Source: Eledone cirrhosa
Taxonomy: Eukaryota
Direction: 5' to 3'
Length of the DNA stretch: 64,000 nt
Assembly (NCBI GenBank): GCA_964016885.1
Contig: OZ024746.1
Location: 4,278,001 to 4,342,000, forward strand
This document shows positions 1-14,269 of the stretch, piece by piece (the stretch's first letter is position 1; each line of letters begins with the position of its first letter). The notes beneath the pieces are model-generated. The model was given only the letters and a program-made list of their open reading frames with translations, was not told the DNA's origin and searched no databases. A program made the position numbers and the translations under genes.

Positions 1-191
1 GTTCGATGGCTAAAGTGATAGCCATTTCTATCGCAATCTATGGCCGTCCAGACATTAAGATAGATTAATATATAGACACATGTAATACAACATACATGCT
101 CGTCTACACACAGGCATGAACATGTCTGTGTGTGTTTGTTTGTATATGTGAATGTGTGTGTGGATGTGTGCCGGTGTAATTCACATATTTC

Positions 192-435
<244 letters not shown>

Positions 436-728
436 GTACATGCAGGCATACGTAATTAGATAACAGGAAAAATCTAATCAAAGCTTAAATATAATTAATT
501 TATTACAAAACATCAAAACGGTAAAATTCAATGTACCCCCCCCCCCTCCAATTCTCTATCCACCCGTTTCTTCTTTTATACTTCTTTTGACTTAGCTTTT
601 TTTCCCATCACCCCTTCCTATCCATTCTTTCCCTCATCGATAAATGTTCGATCTGGTGATCTATTGATCTGCTCATTCTAACATACATAAAGGCATATGT
701 TCCTAATTTCTCGCATCAAATGCGTTTG

Positions 729-1398
<670 letters not shown>

Positions 1399-1585
1399 AT
1401 ACACATATATACACACATGATAAGCGTTGTATATGAGAATTGTTTTCGCAAAGATGATTTTAGTCTTTACAGATCCGTTGAAACTAAGAGAGAAAGTCTA
1501 GTAGATATTTTATAATGGTAGTTGTGACGTGTCACTCGGTCACAAAGCCCGGTAAGGAGACCCACAATGTAGAGGACAGGAAGAC

Positions 1586-2470
1586 AAATACCGGGGCTTG
1601 TCCGGCTGCTTGTCCGACTGGTCACCGTTAAGACCCCAGACGTCCTCTGACCCCGTACTACTGGTCACCGTCAAGACCTCAGACGTCCTCGGACCCCGTA
1701 TTACTGGTCACCGTCAAGACCTCAGACGTCCTCTGACCCCGTATTACTGGTCACCGTCAAGACCTCAGACGTCCTCGGACCCCGTACTACTGGTCACCGT
1801 CAAGACCTCAGACGTCCTCTGACCCCGTATTACTGGTCACCGTCAAGACCTCAGACGTCCTCGGACCCCGTATTACTGGTCACCGTCAAGACCTCAGACG
1901 TCCTCTGACCCCGTATTACTGGTCACCGTCAAGACCTCAGACGTCCTCTGACCCCGTATTACTGGTCACCGTCAAGACCTCAGACGTCCTCTGACCCCGT
2001 ATTACTGGTCACCGTCAAGACCTCAGATGTCCTCTGACCCCGTACTACTGGTCACCGTCAAGACCTCAGACGTCCTCTGACCCCGTATTACTGGTCACCG
2101 TCAAGACCTCAGACGTCCTCGGACCCCGTATTACTGGTCACCGTCAAGACCTCAGACATCCTCGGGCCACGTACTGCCGAACTCATTCGTAAAATGGGAA
2201 CGTCAACAGCCCGTCTGGAGAGGGAGTCCCGTGATAAGGGGTCACTGATGCAGAGGGTTTCACTGGCCATTGTCCGAGGATATATCTTTGTAATTTTATT
2301 CGCGGTGGGCAGCCGAAACCCCACCTCGACCTAAACATACAGCCTCTCACTCTCTCCCCCTCTTTCTTCCATGACCTAACATTACTTGCTCTTTCTCTCC
2401 TTTTCCCCTCATTTATGGCATTTATAGTTGTTTCCTCTACTTTCCTCTACAGCCACATCTGACCTTCTTT
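1586..2470 (+). mobile_element. Dispersed repeat of unknown class (possibly solo-LTR-like), copy 1
   Basis: 1586-1660 and 2330-2465 match the reverse complement of 7665-7740 and 7385-7510. Confidence 0.6.
1618..2175. repeat. 43-bp minisatellite, ~13 copies
   Basis: Unit CTGGTCACCGTCAAGACCTCAGACGTCCTCKGACCCCGTAYTA; starts at 1661 and 1704. Confidence 0.95.
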
Positions 2471-2557
2471 ACCCCTCCCACTTTTTTATCACTTTGGTTG
2501 TTTTCTTTTTTTTTCTTCCATATTTGCATCATCGCATAACTTCGTTTTGTAAAATAT

Positions 2558-2750
2558 AGGGTATTCGGTTCACAATCGAAAGTTCCTAAGTGTGATTTCC
2601 GGCGGCACGCTGTGTCCTTGAGCAAGACCCTTTATTTCACGTTGCTTCAGTCCACCCAGCTGGCAAAAATGGATTGCGCCTGTAATTCGATGTATATTCG
2701 CCTGTGTAGGTGGGCTAATTAACCTCATATGCATACGAAGCTGTATAAGT
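2558..2750 (+). mobile_element. CORE-type tRNA-derived SINE, degenerate
   Basis: TGTGTCCTTGAGCAAGACCCTTTATTTCAC...CAGTCCACCCAGCTGGCAAAAATG resembles the CORE-SINE domain. Confidence 0.6.
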
Positions 2751-3023
2751 TGGCTCAACTTAAAAGTAGAATACTTTATATTCTCGCCTGTTTTCAAATT
2801 CCAGCAGAACACAGCAGGGAACCACTGATGAAAACCGTTAAGTTCTAAATACTTGTATGCAGTTATCCCTCGCTACTTCTGCTAGTATCCGCAGCCGTCA
2901 GCCTTTCAATATTCATAACTTGGCTTTCAAAATGTTTATTTATTAAACATACCGTATATCTTTAGATATACGAAATTAACACACATATATGTATACAGCT
3001 ATGTTGAAATTAATTTAAATTTT

Positions 3024-3092
<69 letters not shown>

Positions 3093-3093
<1 letters not shown>

Positions 3094-3293
3094 CGAAGGA
3101 GGTGTGGTAAGGAACCAGATGGACCATGACGCACCAGAGTACTTAATACTTAGGGACTTAGGGTAGTAGAGTGGGTAATAGGAAAATGTTTAAACTCGAC
3201 GGCAGAACTCAAGCCGTTTCGACGGCTATTTCTGGACTAAAAAATAGCCGTCGAACGGCTTGAGCTCTGTCGTCGGGTTTAAACATTTTCCTA
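3093..3293. mobile_element. Short (TA)n-embedded PLE-terminus-like element with ~52-bp fold-back (family A, copy 1)
   Basis: Inverted arms ~3178-3231/3243-3295; homologous to 12273-12410; has CGAAAC but no intact CUGANGA. Confidence 0.6.
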
Positions 3294-3310
3294 TATATAT
3301 ATATATTTAT

Positions 3311-3441
3311 TTATTTATTAAAATAACAGATTAAAGTTTAAGCAAAGACTCGCTGCTTTCACCCTTAACGGGATCTTCTGAAACTGAAAAAGAAAAAAAA
3401 TCGAGCCCTCTTTGGACTTTAGTCTTCGCATTTATTATTAT

Positions 3442-3446
<5 letters not shown>
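3311..3446. mobile_element. Short (TA)n-embedded element, family B, copy 1
   Basis: Shares sequence with 19841-20050 and 27780-27850; the minus strand has HHR-like CAGAAGA-UCCC/GGGU-GAAA. Confidence 0.65.
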
Positions 3447-3492
<46 letters not shown>

Positions 3493-3663
3493 ATACATTA
3501 ACAGAGAAAGATTTAAGCAATACTCCGACTGACTTCCGTCTCACTCAACAAACCTTAGGATATACCTTAGTATAATCCCGATTATACGTTTGGGGTGCTA
3601 ACTATACGTACTTTGCGGATAGCCAGTTGTATTATTTTATATGAGACATAATTAAATACATCG

Positions 3664-3722
<59 letters not shown>

Positions 3723-3870
3723 TATATGTTGATATGTGTATGTGTGCATACACATACGCACGCACATATTTTTATATATGTAATTTACCAATAACTGGTT
3801 CGATGGAGCGTCTTATACGTGCAATAAGAAATGTGTGAGTGGTTGTTTGTAAGCTTGTGCATATGTATGT

Positions 3871-3944
<74 letters not shown>

Positions 3945-4239
3945 TTTCCTACGTACGTCTGTAACTGTATATTTTCTATAAAATGTATAACCGTACATAA
4001 ACCATTGGGCACATTCAAGTTAAACGTTTTCATAATTTGTAAAGTCCAGTTTATGGGACGGTGCATAAACAGTGGAGCTGCAATTACAAAGTGCATATGC
4101 AATACACCAACTGTTGCTACGGTTGTTATGCCAGCAGCGGACACTCGCTGTAAAATATTGCAGAAGATACGGCTTTAGAATAACACATAAAATTGCTATC
4201 TTTCAATAATGCAGGCTTCTGCAATGAGTCACGCAAAGG

Positions 4240-4560
4240 CGGTGTTGTTGTTGGTGGTGGTGGTGGTGTTGGTGTTGTTGGTGGTATTGGTGTTGCTGGT
4301 ATTGTTGTTGTTATTGGTGGTGGTGGTGGTGTTGTTGATGGTATTGGTGTTGCTGGTATTGTTGTTGTTGGTGGTGATGGTGGTGGTGGTGGTGTTGCTG
4401 TTGGTGGTGGTGTTACTTTTGGTGTTATTGTTGGTGGTGGTGGTGGTGGTGGTGGTGGTGGTGTTGGTGTTGTTGATGGTGGTGGTGTTGTTGTTGATGG
4501 TGGTGTTGTTGTTGTTGATGGTGGTGTTGTTGTGTTGATGGTGGTGTTGATGGTGTTTGC
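4240..4560. repeat. (GGT/GTT)n trinucleotide low-complexity tract
   Basis: Directly visible. Confidence 0.95.
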
Positions 4561-4682
4561 AGTACTATAAGTAAAGAGTAATAGTAAGACTATGTAATCG
4601 TAGTGAGGTGTAGTAATATCAGTGACGCCATAAACGTGGACACTTGTACAAGTAGTATTACTAGTTTTTGTTTATATTAATA

Positions 4683-5694
4683 CTAGCATTAAATCCCGGG
4701 GTTGCTCGGGGTCAGTAAGTTACCAAAGTTAGGTTGCACCACCCATTTTATGGCAGCAATTTTTTGTCTACCAGGCACTGGGTGAATGAATTGCAGACCT
4801 GGACTGCCGAAGCAGGAGCTGCGCCAGCAGTGACAATTGTAGTTTCGCCTATGGATATTATCTCTGTGCAAAAAAGTGTTGAAATTTATTGCTTCACAGT
4901 ACTTGCGCAACACGCGCGTAGACGATGCCAGCCGAACAACAGAGCTGCGATGGAGTTGTTCTGCATGGTTGTCTAATGTGTGTTTTCTAAATTTAAGACA
5001 GTAGGGAGGGGTGTGATATGGGGGAGAGTTAGCTGCTGTTTCTAGCAGGTTTAATGACCTCATAGAGGATATGTGTTTTCTAAATTTAAGACAGTAGGGA
5101 GTGGTGTGATATCGGGGAGAGTTAGCTGCTGTTCTAGCAGGTTTAGTGACCTCATAGAGGATATGTTTTCTAAATTTAAGACAGTAGGGAGGGGTGTGAT
5201 ATGGGGGAGAGTTAGCTGCTGTTTCTAGCAGGTTTAGTGATCTCATAGATGATACGTTTTCTAAATTTAAGACTGTAGGGAGGGGCGTGATATGGGGGAG
5301 AGTTAAGTTCTCTTTGTCATTGAAGTAAATAAATGTTTGACCGTTCCACACTCAAAAACAAACGTTCTCTCTCTCTCTCCCTCTCACTCTCTTCTCTCTC
5401 TCCCTTCGGCGTTCCTAAAGAAAGTTTGTAAGCATGTATGTAGTTTTATCGAATTTGAAGGGGAGTAGAGAGAGGTACGCAGATTCTATTAGAGGGGTAA
5501 AGCGTCATGTATTTAGTTTTATCGATTATTTCCATAATTGTGGTTGAGTTTGAATGGAATAAATAGTCGTTGACCTAAGTTAGACCATTTACAACATTCT
5601 TACAGACTTTAAGTCGAATCGGTTTGAAATTGTGCAAATGTATAAACATGGAACATGTGCACACACACAACAACAACAATCTGCCTTTTATAGA
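4683..5694 (-). mobile_element. Non-autonomous Helitron
   Basis: Minus strand starts TC (A|TCTATAAAAGG, 5694) and ends CTAG|T (4686-4683), preceded by a GC-rich hairpin CCCGAGCAACCCCGGG ~8 nt upstream; A|T target, no TSD. Confidence 0.7.
4982..5305. repeat. ~92-bp tandem repeat, ~3.5 copies, inside the Helitron
   Basis: GTTTTCTAAATTTAAGAC recurs at ~4982, 5075, 5166 and 5257. Confidence 0.9.
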
Positions 5695-5699
5695 TAATT

Positions 5700-5875
5700 G
5701 TTTCTATGTTAGGCACAAGGCCAGCAATTACCCAGTGTATTACTGGTACTTTATTTTATCGACCCCGTAAGGATGAAAGGCAAAGTTAACCTCAGCGGGA
5801 TTTGAACTCAGAATGGCAAGGGTTGTAACTATGCTAGAAAGCATGGCGTCCAACCCTTTACCGATACTGCCAATC
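5700..5875 (-). mobile_element. tRNA-derived SINE (abundant family)
   Basis: Box A-like TTGGCAGTATCGGT, box B GAGTTCAAATCC, conserved body CTTTGCCTTTCATCCTTACGGGGTCGATAAAATAAAGTACCAG shared with other copies in the window. Confidence 0.85.
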
Positions 5876-5890
5876 TAAGATAATGATATA

Positions 5891-6272
5891 CTCTCAGGTC
5901 CCAAAAAATAGAGGATGGTGGAATAAGTGGGAGAGGGGTTGGAAAATCGGTAATTTTTCTAGGTTGTCTCTGGTGATCTTTAAAAAAACAGAATTAGTCA
6001 TTTAGTTTGCATATTGAGACCCATTCTATTTATTTTATAAAATATGGGATTTCTAGTAATATACTTTTTTTTGCCATGTATAATGTTTTTTAATGTATAA
6101 AGAAAATGAATTGTCGCAGGAACGTTACCACTTAAAATAAAACTTCGGAGGAGTTAGATTAGCAAAATTTAATAAGCTAGGGAGGGGGGATAAGAGCTGG
6201 GAGGCTGGAAAATATTTGATAAATTAATAAACGGGGTGTTGGAGGATTGGACGATTATTGGAGACCCGAGAG
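5891..6272. mobile_element. Tc1/mariner-superfamily (pogo/Tigger-like) MITE
   Basis: Imperfect TIRs CTCTCAGGTCCCAA... / ...TTGGAGACCCGAGAG, flanked by TA on both sides. Confidence 0.6.
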
Positions 6273-6729
6273 TAAGCAATAAACGTTAATGAATACAGAA
6301 AAAACTGATACATATAATAAAAAACATAATCAGTAGCCGTTTCAAGTAAGATGACCTAATGTTCATACTTGATTTATTGTATCTGGTTAAAGAGCAGCGG
6401 GGTGGGTTGACTGGCTACGTCTATTTGGAATATCAACAGAGATATGTTTATTAGTTTAAACTGTTCCACACATATTTACATTTCCTTTTTGACAAATGCT
6501 TGCTCATCTGTCACAACCCTATCGGAATTGCAATAATGTTTGAGAAATTGGTTTAAATATCTAGTCCACAGTTAGACAAGTAAATCTCAAGACCCAGTAT
6601 TTGAATATCTTCAGCTCCTTTGCGTTCCGGGTAGCAGTGCTTTGGCCGAAACGATAAGTGGAATTTCTGGTTAAATTCTGTCAGTATATGAATTTCATTT
6701 TATTCATTATTTGTTTTATTATTTATTAT

Positions 6730-6825
6730 TAACTTTGCCTTTCATCCTTACGGGGTCGATAAAATAAAGTACCAGTAATGTACTGGGTAATTGCTGGCCT
6801 TGTGCCAAAAGTAGAAACAATTATT
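6730..6825 (+). mobile_element. SINE 3' half, same family as 5700-5875
   Basis: Near-identical body and tail. Confidence 0.85.
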
Positions 6826-7138
6826 TATTATTTATTATATTTTCCCTTTTTTAAGAATGACTAAACATTCTCTTATAGAGTTGGTAGACAGGAATTTGAA
6901 CCAATACTCCAGTTATTGCACAATAACTAGTCTAGAGTTTAATGGACGCCACCCCGCAAGCATAAACACACAGAAACACATATACATACACAGATACCAA
7001 CAGACGAACACATACACATACAGACACCAACAGATACACATGCAAACACACAAATACACAGAGACAACGATAAATTCACACACACACATCTACCCACATA
7101 CTCAGCAGTGCACCCTCACCATCACCACTCACATCCAT

Positions 7139-7213
<75 letters not shown>

Positions 7214-7384
7214 TGTGGCATTCATTAAAGTAATATAAGCGGAGAAACATTTATTTTGTTATCTGTTTTACATAAACATATTATGTCAACTATATTTTAC
7301 AGAAGTTATAAAATGGTGGAAATATGAAAAAAAAGGATAAAAACAAAATTAAGAAATGAAAAAAGGGGGAAGGGGAAAAGAAGG

Positions 7385-7745
7385 GCAGATCTGGCTGTAG
7401 AGGGAAGTAGAGGAAAGAACTATAAATGCTATAAATGAAAGGAAAAGGAGGGAAAAACGACTGAAGAAAGGGAGGGGGGGAGAGGATGACAGACTCTACA
7501 TCTAGGTCACAGCGATGTTTCGGCTACGCACCGCGGACAAAATGGCAAAAGCATGTCCGCGGACAATGGTCAGCAACACAAGCTGCAATAGTCACCCCAC
7601 CTCATCAGACTACTTCCCTAGATGGATTGCTATCGATCTCCGATTTTACAGGGGAGGTCAGCTGGCCGAGGTCCGAGGACGCCTGAGATCTCAACGGTGT
7701 CCGGTGCAAAGATGAAGCGGCCGGACAAGCTCTAGTATTTACTGG
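7385..7745 (-). mobile_element. Dispersed repeat, copy 2 (inverted homolog of 1586-2470)
   Basis: Reverse-complement similarity; holds a single copy of the 43-bp unit. Confidence 0.6.
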
Positions 7746-7904
7746 AGTTTACAGTAGATGCAGGTAACCTATACTGGCCCCAACTTCTAAGTACCTTTAG
7801 AAACGCCGCACGAACCTCTCACGATAGTTACAATAACACTCACTCTACCTTCGGCATATGAGGAGGTCAGACAATATATAAACGAAAGCATTGTATCTGT
7901 GCTG

Positions 7905-8415
7905 TTGTGTTGTGTGTGTGTGTATGGGGCGGTCTGTTTGTGTGTGTGTGGGGGGGCTGTTTGTGTGTGTGGGGAGGGGTCTGTTTGTGTGGGTGTGTGT
8001 GGCGGGGGTCTGTTTGTGTGTGTGTGTGTGTGAGGGGGTCTGTGGGTGTGTGTGTGGAGGTCTGTTTGTGTGTGTGAGGGGGTATGTTTGTGTGTGTGTG
8101 GGGGGGGTCTGTTTGTGTGGGTGTGTGTGGCGGGGGTCTGTTTGTGTGGGTGTGTGTGGCGGGGGTCTGTTTGTGTGGGTGTGTGGCGGGGGTCTGTTTG
8201 TGTGGGTGTGTGTGGCGGGGGTCTGTTCGTGTGGGTGTGTGTGGCGGGGGTCTGTTTGTGTGGGTGTGTGTGGCGGGGGTCTGTTTGTGTGGTGTGTGAG
8301 GGGGGTCTGTTTGTGTGGGTGTGTGTGGCGGGGGTCTGTTTGTGTGGGTGTGTGTGGCGGGGGTCTGTTTGTGAGGGTGTGTGTGGCGGGGGTCTGTTTG
8401 TGTGGGTGTGTGTGC
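7905..8415. repeat. ~27-bp GT-rich minisatellite
   Basis: Unit GTGTGTGGCGGGGGTCTGTTTGTGTGG. Confidence 0.9.
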
Positions 8416-8494
8416 GCGTTTTTGTGAATATAAGCGCGTGGATGACTGGGAGGTCGTGTATGTATGTGTGTGTATATGCTTTTATGTGCATTTT

Positions 8495-9228
8495 AGTATG
8501 CGTGCATGTATGCTTTTGTGTGTATGTGTGAATTTATGCTTTTGTGTATGTGTGTACGTGTGAATGCGTGTGTATGTGTGAATGTATGCCTTTGTGAGTA
8601 TGTGTGTATGTGTAAATGTATGCCTTTGTGTATGTATGAATGTATGCCTTTGTGTGTATGTGTGTGTGTATGCCTTTGTGTGTATGTGTGTATGCGTGTA
8701 TGTGTGTATGTGTGTATGTGTGTATGTATGCCTTTGTGTGTATGTATGTGTGTATGTGTGTATGTGTGTATGTATGCCTTTGTGTGTATGTATGTGTGTA
8801 TGTGTGTATGTGTGCCTTTATGTGTATGTATGTATGTGTGTATGTGTGTATGTATGCCTTTGTGTGTATGTGTGTATGTATGCCTTTGTGTGTATGTATG
8901 TGTGTATGTATGCCTTTGTGTGTATGTATGTGCATGTGTGTATGTGTGTATGTATGCCTTTGTGTGTATGTATGTGTGTATGTGCATGTGTGTATGTGTG
9001 TATGTGTGCCTTTATGTGTATGTATGTATGTGTGCATGTGTGTATGTATGCCTTTGTGTGTATGTATGTGTGTATGTATGCCTTTGTGTGTATGTATGTG
9101 CATGTGTGTATGTGTGTATGTATGCCTTTGTGTGTATGTATGTGTGTATGTGCATGTGTGTATGTGTGTATGTGTGCCTTTATGTGTATGTATGTATGTG
9201 TGCATGTGTGTATGTATGCCTTTGTGTG
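8495..9228. repeat. Compound (TATG/TG)n minisatellite with periodic GCCTTT
   Basis: Directly visible. Confidence 0.9.
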
Positions 9229-10207
9229 TCTGTTTTCCATAGAAAAATAAAACGTTTAGCATGGAAAAAAAGAGGGGGGGGGGGCAAAAGAAAGATAGGA
9301 AGAGGGAGAGGCGAGAGATACAGACTGAATTGAGAGAGGACAAAGGAGGGGGGCGGAAATAGAAGAGAGAGATATAGGATGATGAAGAGAGAGGGGGGAG
9401 TGAAAGGAAGAGAGGGGGGAGAAGAGGGAGGGGAGAGTAAGCTAAAAGAAAGAGAGAATAAAAGGGAGTGAAGGAGAGAGAGAGAGAGTGATATAGACAG
9501 ATATAAATAGGGGAAAAAGGTGTTATAAAATAAGTAGGAGGTTTATATAAGTGAGCCTCGATTGAACAAACCAGCATATGGCAAAGGTAGGAGGAGTAGT
9601 AGGAGTAGGGGGATTAGCAGGTAGGCGTGAGACAGCAGCAGTGTTAGTCTGTCTATTGATGTATTTATGTCAGCTGAGGAAAATTTCATTGATAAAACAT
9701 ACGAAGCTTCCCGCGTCTTCCATATATATATTTCAGCCCACTTGTACACACACACACTACACTAACTTATCATAGTATGGAACTAGCGAGGGAATTGTCG
9801 TTCAATCTGCTAGAAATAGCAGCCAAATCCCTCTCTAATCATATAGTACTATATTTGTTATTTTATATATTTATGTCGCAATTTGTGAACGATGGTGACG
9901 TTGATTGCGGTTTCCAATTGAGCAATCATTAGTTCACTGCATTTCTCACAGCGAAAATAATAATAATAAAAAACATTATTAACTCGATACAGAACAAATA
10001 TTCCAAGGGACTTCATTTGTAAGTCAGTTTTCTATTTTATTTAGCTTGTTTATATATTATTCAGGTATATATTTTCGGCTATGCTTCTCTCTTTTGACAC
10101 TGAACATCAGCAAATGTACACATGTACATCTTTTGTTGGACACACTCCAACATAACCTTCGTTGTGAAGACTAAAGTAGACTAAATAACTAAAAAAGAGC
10201 ATATATT

Positions 10208-10288
<81 letters not shown>

Positions 10289-10344
10289 TTGTATATATAT
10301 AGTTTTGCGAGGTTTTTTATATGAAATCGTGTGTCGAAACAGAT

Positions 10345-10985
10345 ATTGTTATACTTGGGGAGGGTCATATTTGTGTAATATTGCCAGAATTAATAACAGA
10401 ACACACTCACTGTTTGGTTGGTTTTCGCTTCTCGCTGTCTTTTATATCTGCGATCTAACTTACTCGGTCCTCAATGTTGCCATTGACTGACCGGCGGTCA
10501 AAAATAATACAGATACAATATAGACACAAACACATATATATATATATATATAGTTTACATAATTTACATAAATCTTTCGTTGCACATCTGCAACATCGTC
10601 AGTGGTGTTATATTCATTGTTCCTCCTGTTGTGTTGTATGTCTACGCCATTTTTTATTATTCAGTCTCAGACTGAATAATAAAAAATGGCGTAGACATAC
10701 AACACAACAGGAGGAACAATGAATATAACACCACTGACGATGTTGCAGATGTGCAACGAAAGATTTATGTAAATTATGTAAACTATATATATATATATGT
10801 GTTTGTGTCTATATTGTATCTGTATTATTTTTGACCGCCGGTCAGTCAATGGCAACATTGAGGACCGAGTAAGTTAGATCGCAGATATAAAAGACAGCGA
10901 GAAGCGAAAACCAACCAAACAGTGAGTGTGTTCTGTTATTAATTCTGGCAATATTACGCAAATATGACCCTCCCCAAGTATAACA

Positions 10986-10987
<2 letters not shown>
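10345..10987. repeat. ~640-bp near-perfect palindrome between (TA)n tracts, one HHR-like core per arm
   Basis: Centre CAGTCT-C-AGACTG at 10668; arms differ by a substitution and internal TA length; CUGACGA-U-GUUGCA/UGCAAC-GAAA at 10734-10761, mirrored at ~10574-10602. Confidence 0.9.
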
Positions 10988-11037
<50 letters not shown>

Positions 11038-11123
11038 GTATGTATGTATATATTGCCAAACGCACGGTTTGTTAATATATTTGTTTTATTCTCTCTCTCT
11101 CTCTGTATATATATATATATATA

Positions 11124-11201
<78 letters not shown>

Positions 11202-11319
11202 CAGAGATGCATACATACAAATAATAAAATCAACGAAAGATATCAATCTTTATGTCAATATAACTGAACACTTCTACTTAAATATCCGTGATTACACAAA
11301 GTATTCTAAAATCTGTTCC

Positions 11320-11810
11320 CACCTTCCTATACCTAGGAGGCAATATCCACAGAAAAGGATGTAAAACTTCGTCCTTCAAAATCATGGGCTGTTCTTGACG
11401 GTTTCATTGTCTTCTGGGGGTCACCGCTATCAAATGTTTCTAAGAGAAGCTTCTGTATCACCATGGAATCAATGTTATTGTACAAGTTCACTGTTTGGAC
11501 ACTCATGAAACACCTGGAATCGAGGCTTGATTGCGCTTACACCTGCATGATATGTTCCATTAGGAATATCTAATGTAAAGAGCAGCCAACCAAACAATAA
11601 CAACACGGCAAAGTCTTTACAATCAATGGCGTCATTAGTGGGACCTTATTCAGGACATTGCTGGAGAGTTAAGTAAAAACCCATTACTAATAGGAATAAA
11701 TACTACATAGATATAGACGGGTCAGTAGAAATCTTTATGGAGCAGCTCATTACGGACAAGGGGTGTTGCACTGTTGATGTTACGAACACCATTCAGGATC
11801 GTGGTGGGTG
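11320..11810 (+). pseudogene. Degenerate RTE-clade LINE fragment (RT C-terminal region)
   Basis: Manual translation across frameshifts gives FLYLGG..TEKDVKLR.SKSWAVL..ESMLLYK..VWTL.K.LESRLD.AYT. Confidence 0.65.
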
Positions 11811-12196
11811 GAGTGATTGAGTAGAAACAAATTCGTGCAAGTTCGACCAGATGAGAGATAAACGTTAAAATGTATTTACTCATGCATATAAATAATAGTT
11901 TATAGGTTCACTATTAGTTAATTAGTTTCAGGAACACCTTTCTTTAAGAAGAAATATAACATACCTGAGTACTTCTCCATTGCTAGGCTACATGTACACA
12001 CAGTTTTCTCTCTTTTACACGACCGTTTATTGTGAGAGGAAAGTGATGTATGGAAGCACGACGGTGTTGGAGTTGGAGTGACTTTAAACGGAAACATTCA
12101 TAAGAAATAAACCGATATTCGTAGACATGGAAACAGACAAATCGCCACTCCATTTAATGTTTATATATATATATATATATTTGTGTATAGTGATAG

Positions 12197-12272
<76 letters not shown>

Positions 12273-12273
<1 letters not shown>

Positions 12274-12407
12274 ACGAAGGAAATGTGGTAAGGAACCAGG
12301 TGGACCATAACGCACCAAAGTACTCAATACTTAGGGTAGTAGAGTGGGTAATAGGAACAATTAGCCGTCGAAACGGCTTGAGCTCAGCCGTCGGGGTCTT
12401 ACTTGTT

Positions 12408-12410
<3 letters not shown>
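12273..12410. mobile_element. Family A short element, copy 2, between (TA)n tracts
   Basis: High similarity to 3093-3293, with a short TAGGAACAA/TTGTTCCTA inversion. Confidence 0.65.
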
Positions 12411-12444
<34 letters not shown>

Positions 12445-12609
12445 CTTATATTTATAACTTATATATATATATATATAACTTATATATCAAAGTTATATAA
12501 ATATATATATAATTATGTAATAAACAACATAACACAATTATTCCATTTACCAAAGGTTTCACGAAGACAAACGAGCTCAACAGAGACGTTTGAAATCATT
12601 CATATTTTG

Positions 12610-12830
12610 ACAGGTTTGACCCACGCCAAGTCCAACTTGATAGGACCATCACCATGTCCCACTCAAGTAGACAGTAATTGTTTACGGAGACATATCCCGA
12701 TGTATGAGGTTTATCCCAGAATTTCTTGGAGAAATTTGTCCAAAGACTTTTTGAAATTTATGGGACCTGTTTCTGTTTTTATGTGTTTCGATGTTATTTT
12801 AAAGAGAGTGGGACCAATTGAAGGGAAATA
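12610..12830 (-). pseudogene. CR1-clade LINE 3' fragment
   Basis: YFPSIGPTLFK..KHIK..FKKSLDKFLQEI resembles the CR1 ORF2 C-terminus. Confidence 0.6.
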
Positions 12831-13206
12831 GTTAGTTTGTGGGTGTGGATATATGTGTGGGTGTGCATGTGCGTATATATATATATTGCATATATGTGTT
12901 GGTATGTGTACATGAGTGCACGCACGCACCTACAATATTTTTGCTTTGTAGTATATCGAATAAAAGAATCATTTAAACACAAGAGCAGAAATATTTCAAA
13001 TTTCAAACTTTTCATCCTTATATCCACTACGTTTGTGTGCTTCTCTCTGTGTGTGAGTATGTCTGTCTGCGCGCGCGTGTGTGTGTGCGTGTGTGTGTGT
13101 GTGTGTTTTTTGCAGTTGTATTTTAATAATTTAACATGTTAAATGTCTTCTTAACAAACTTTATCTGGAAATTATTATTTCTATTATATTATCTCCTTCT
13201 TTGCAG

Positions 13207-13432
13207 GTTATACATCAACCAGCTAAATTCTTAAGGAATCCATTAAACTGAACGAATCTTTGAAGCTATGTTTCCTACAGGCTGACGTCATGATTGGGGG
13301 CACTGCAAGGATTTCTCTATATATTATTATAGAGGAGAAAACAACCTTCAATATACCAGCTTTCTATGTACCAAGCTGCTAAGTCCTAAAATGAAATCAA
13401 TACTGAACACATTGTATGATTGCAACCATTCG
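13207..13432 (+). other. Candidate exon (probably non-coding or UTR)
   Basis: Strong acceptor TCTCCTTCTTTGCAG|G and possible GC donor CG|GCAAGT; stops in all frames. Confidence 0.25.
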
Positions 13433-13739
13433 GCAAGTAGTTTTATTTAATTAATTGTTTTCTTAAATTAAATAAAGAAAATATGTCGCTGTTATTGTCG
13501 TTTAAAGCCAAACGAATCTTAGGGAAGCCGAACGTCAGTATTCCAGTCATAACTTTTAACTTATTAGGAAAATATGATATGATTTGAAGGTAATTTAACT
13601 GCTATTTCTGACAGAAAAAGCGACTATATAGAGGTTTGGTAGCTCATTAATAACGATTTCTCATTATTGCACATGGACAATTTTTGTAAAGACGATATAG
13701 AAATATGGAATTCGACTGCGATACAATATTTGTTTTTAC

Positions 13740-13815
13740 TTTTGGCACAAGGCCAGCAATTACTGGTACTTTATTTTATCGACCCCGTAAGGATGAAAGG
13801 CAAAGTTAACCTCGA
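13740..13815 (-). mobile_element. SINE fragment
   Basis: Same body as 5700-5875. Confidence 0.8.
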
Positions 13816-14269
13816 ATCGTAAAGTAACGTAATTATGCTGCACAATAATAGAAACAAAGTAGAAATGATGATTTCCTCAACTTGTCTTGCTAAATATATG
13901 GAGTATACCAAGCTAGTATTTCTTAGATGCATTAACTGAGTACGAAATCTACAGATGTACTAAGTACTAAGACTCTAAGTCATAGAGTCTATGACTTACT
14001 GGACTAGAAGTATATACCATTGAGCTCCAATAGTTTCTTTTATTCTTTTACATGTTTCAGTTAACATTGTACTGCAGTCATGTTAAGGCATCACCTTCAA
14101 TGGTTTTAGTCGAAAATATATACTTGAGATCCCTGTAAGTTTAGTTGATATTTATTTTATCGACCTCATAAGTTAGAACAGCATTGTCTAGTTGGCAAAT
14201 GATAAAGTAAGGAAATAGCAAAACGTAACAAGGATATTAACAGAAAAAGATAATATAAATGAGTGACAT

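Noticed and set aside
4689-5351. 220-aa ORF as a captured gene in the Helitron
   Set aside because: Largely built from the 92-bp tandem repeat; no recognisable domain
5790-5875. tRNA genes at SINE heads
   Set aside because: Boxes A/B run directly into the SINE body and no cloverleaf is evident
12550-12590. Additional HHRs (CUGUUGA..GAAA at ~12575 minus; GAAACAAUUGUA at ~39125; ~39445-39470)
   Set aside because: Catalytic core incomplete or helices not supportable
13269-13432. Selenoprotein-like TGA read-through (MFPTG*RHDWGHCK...)
   Set aside because: No recognisable selenoprotein motif or SECIS; chance is a sufficient explanation
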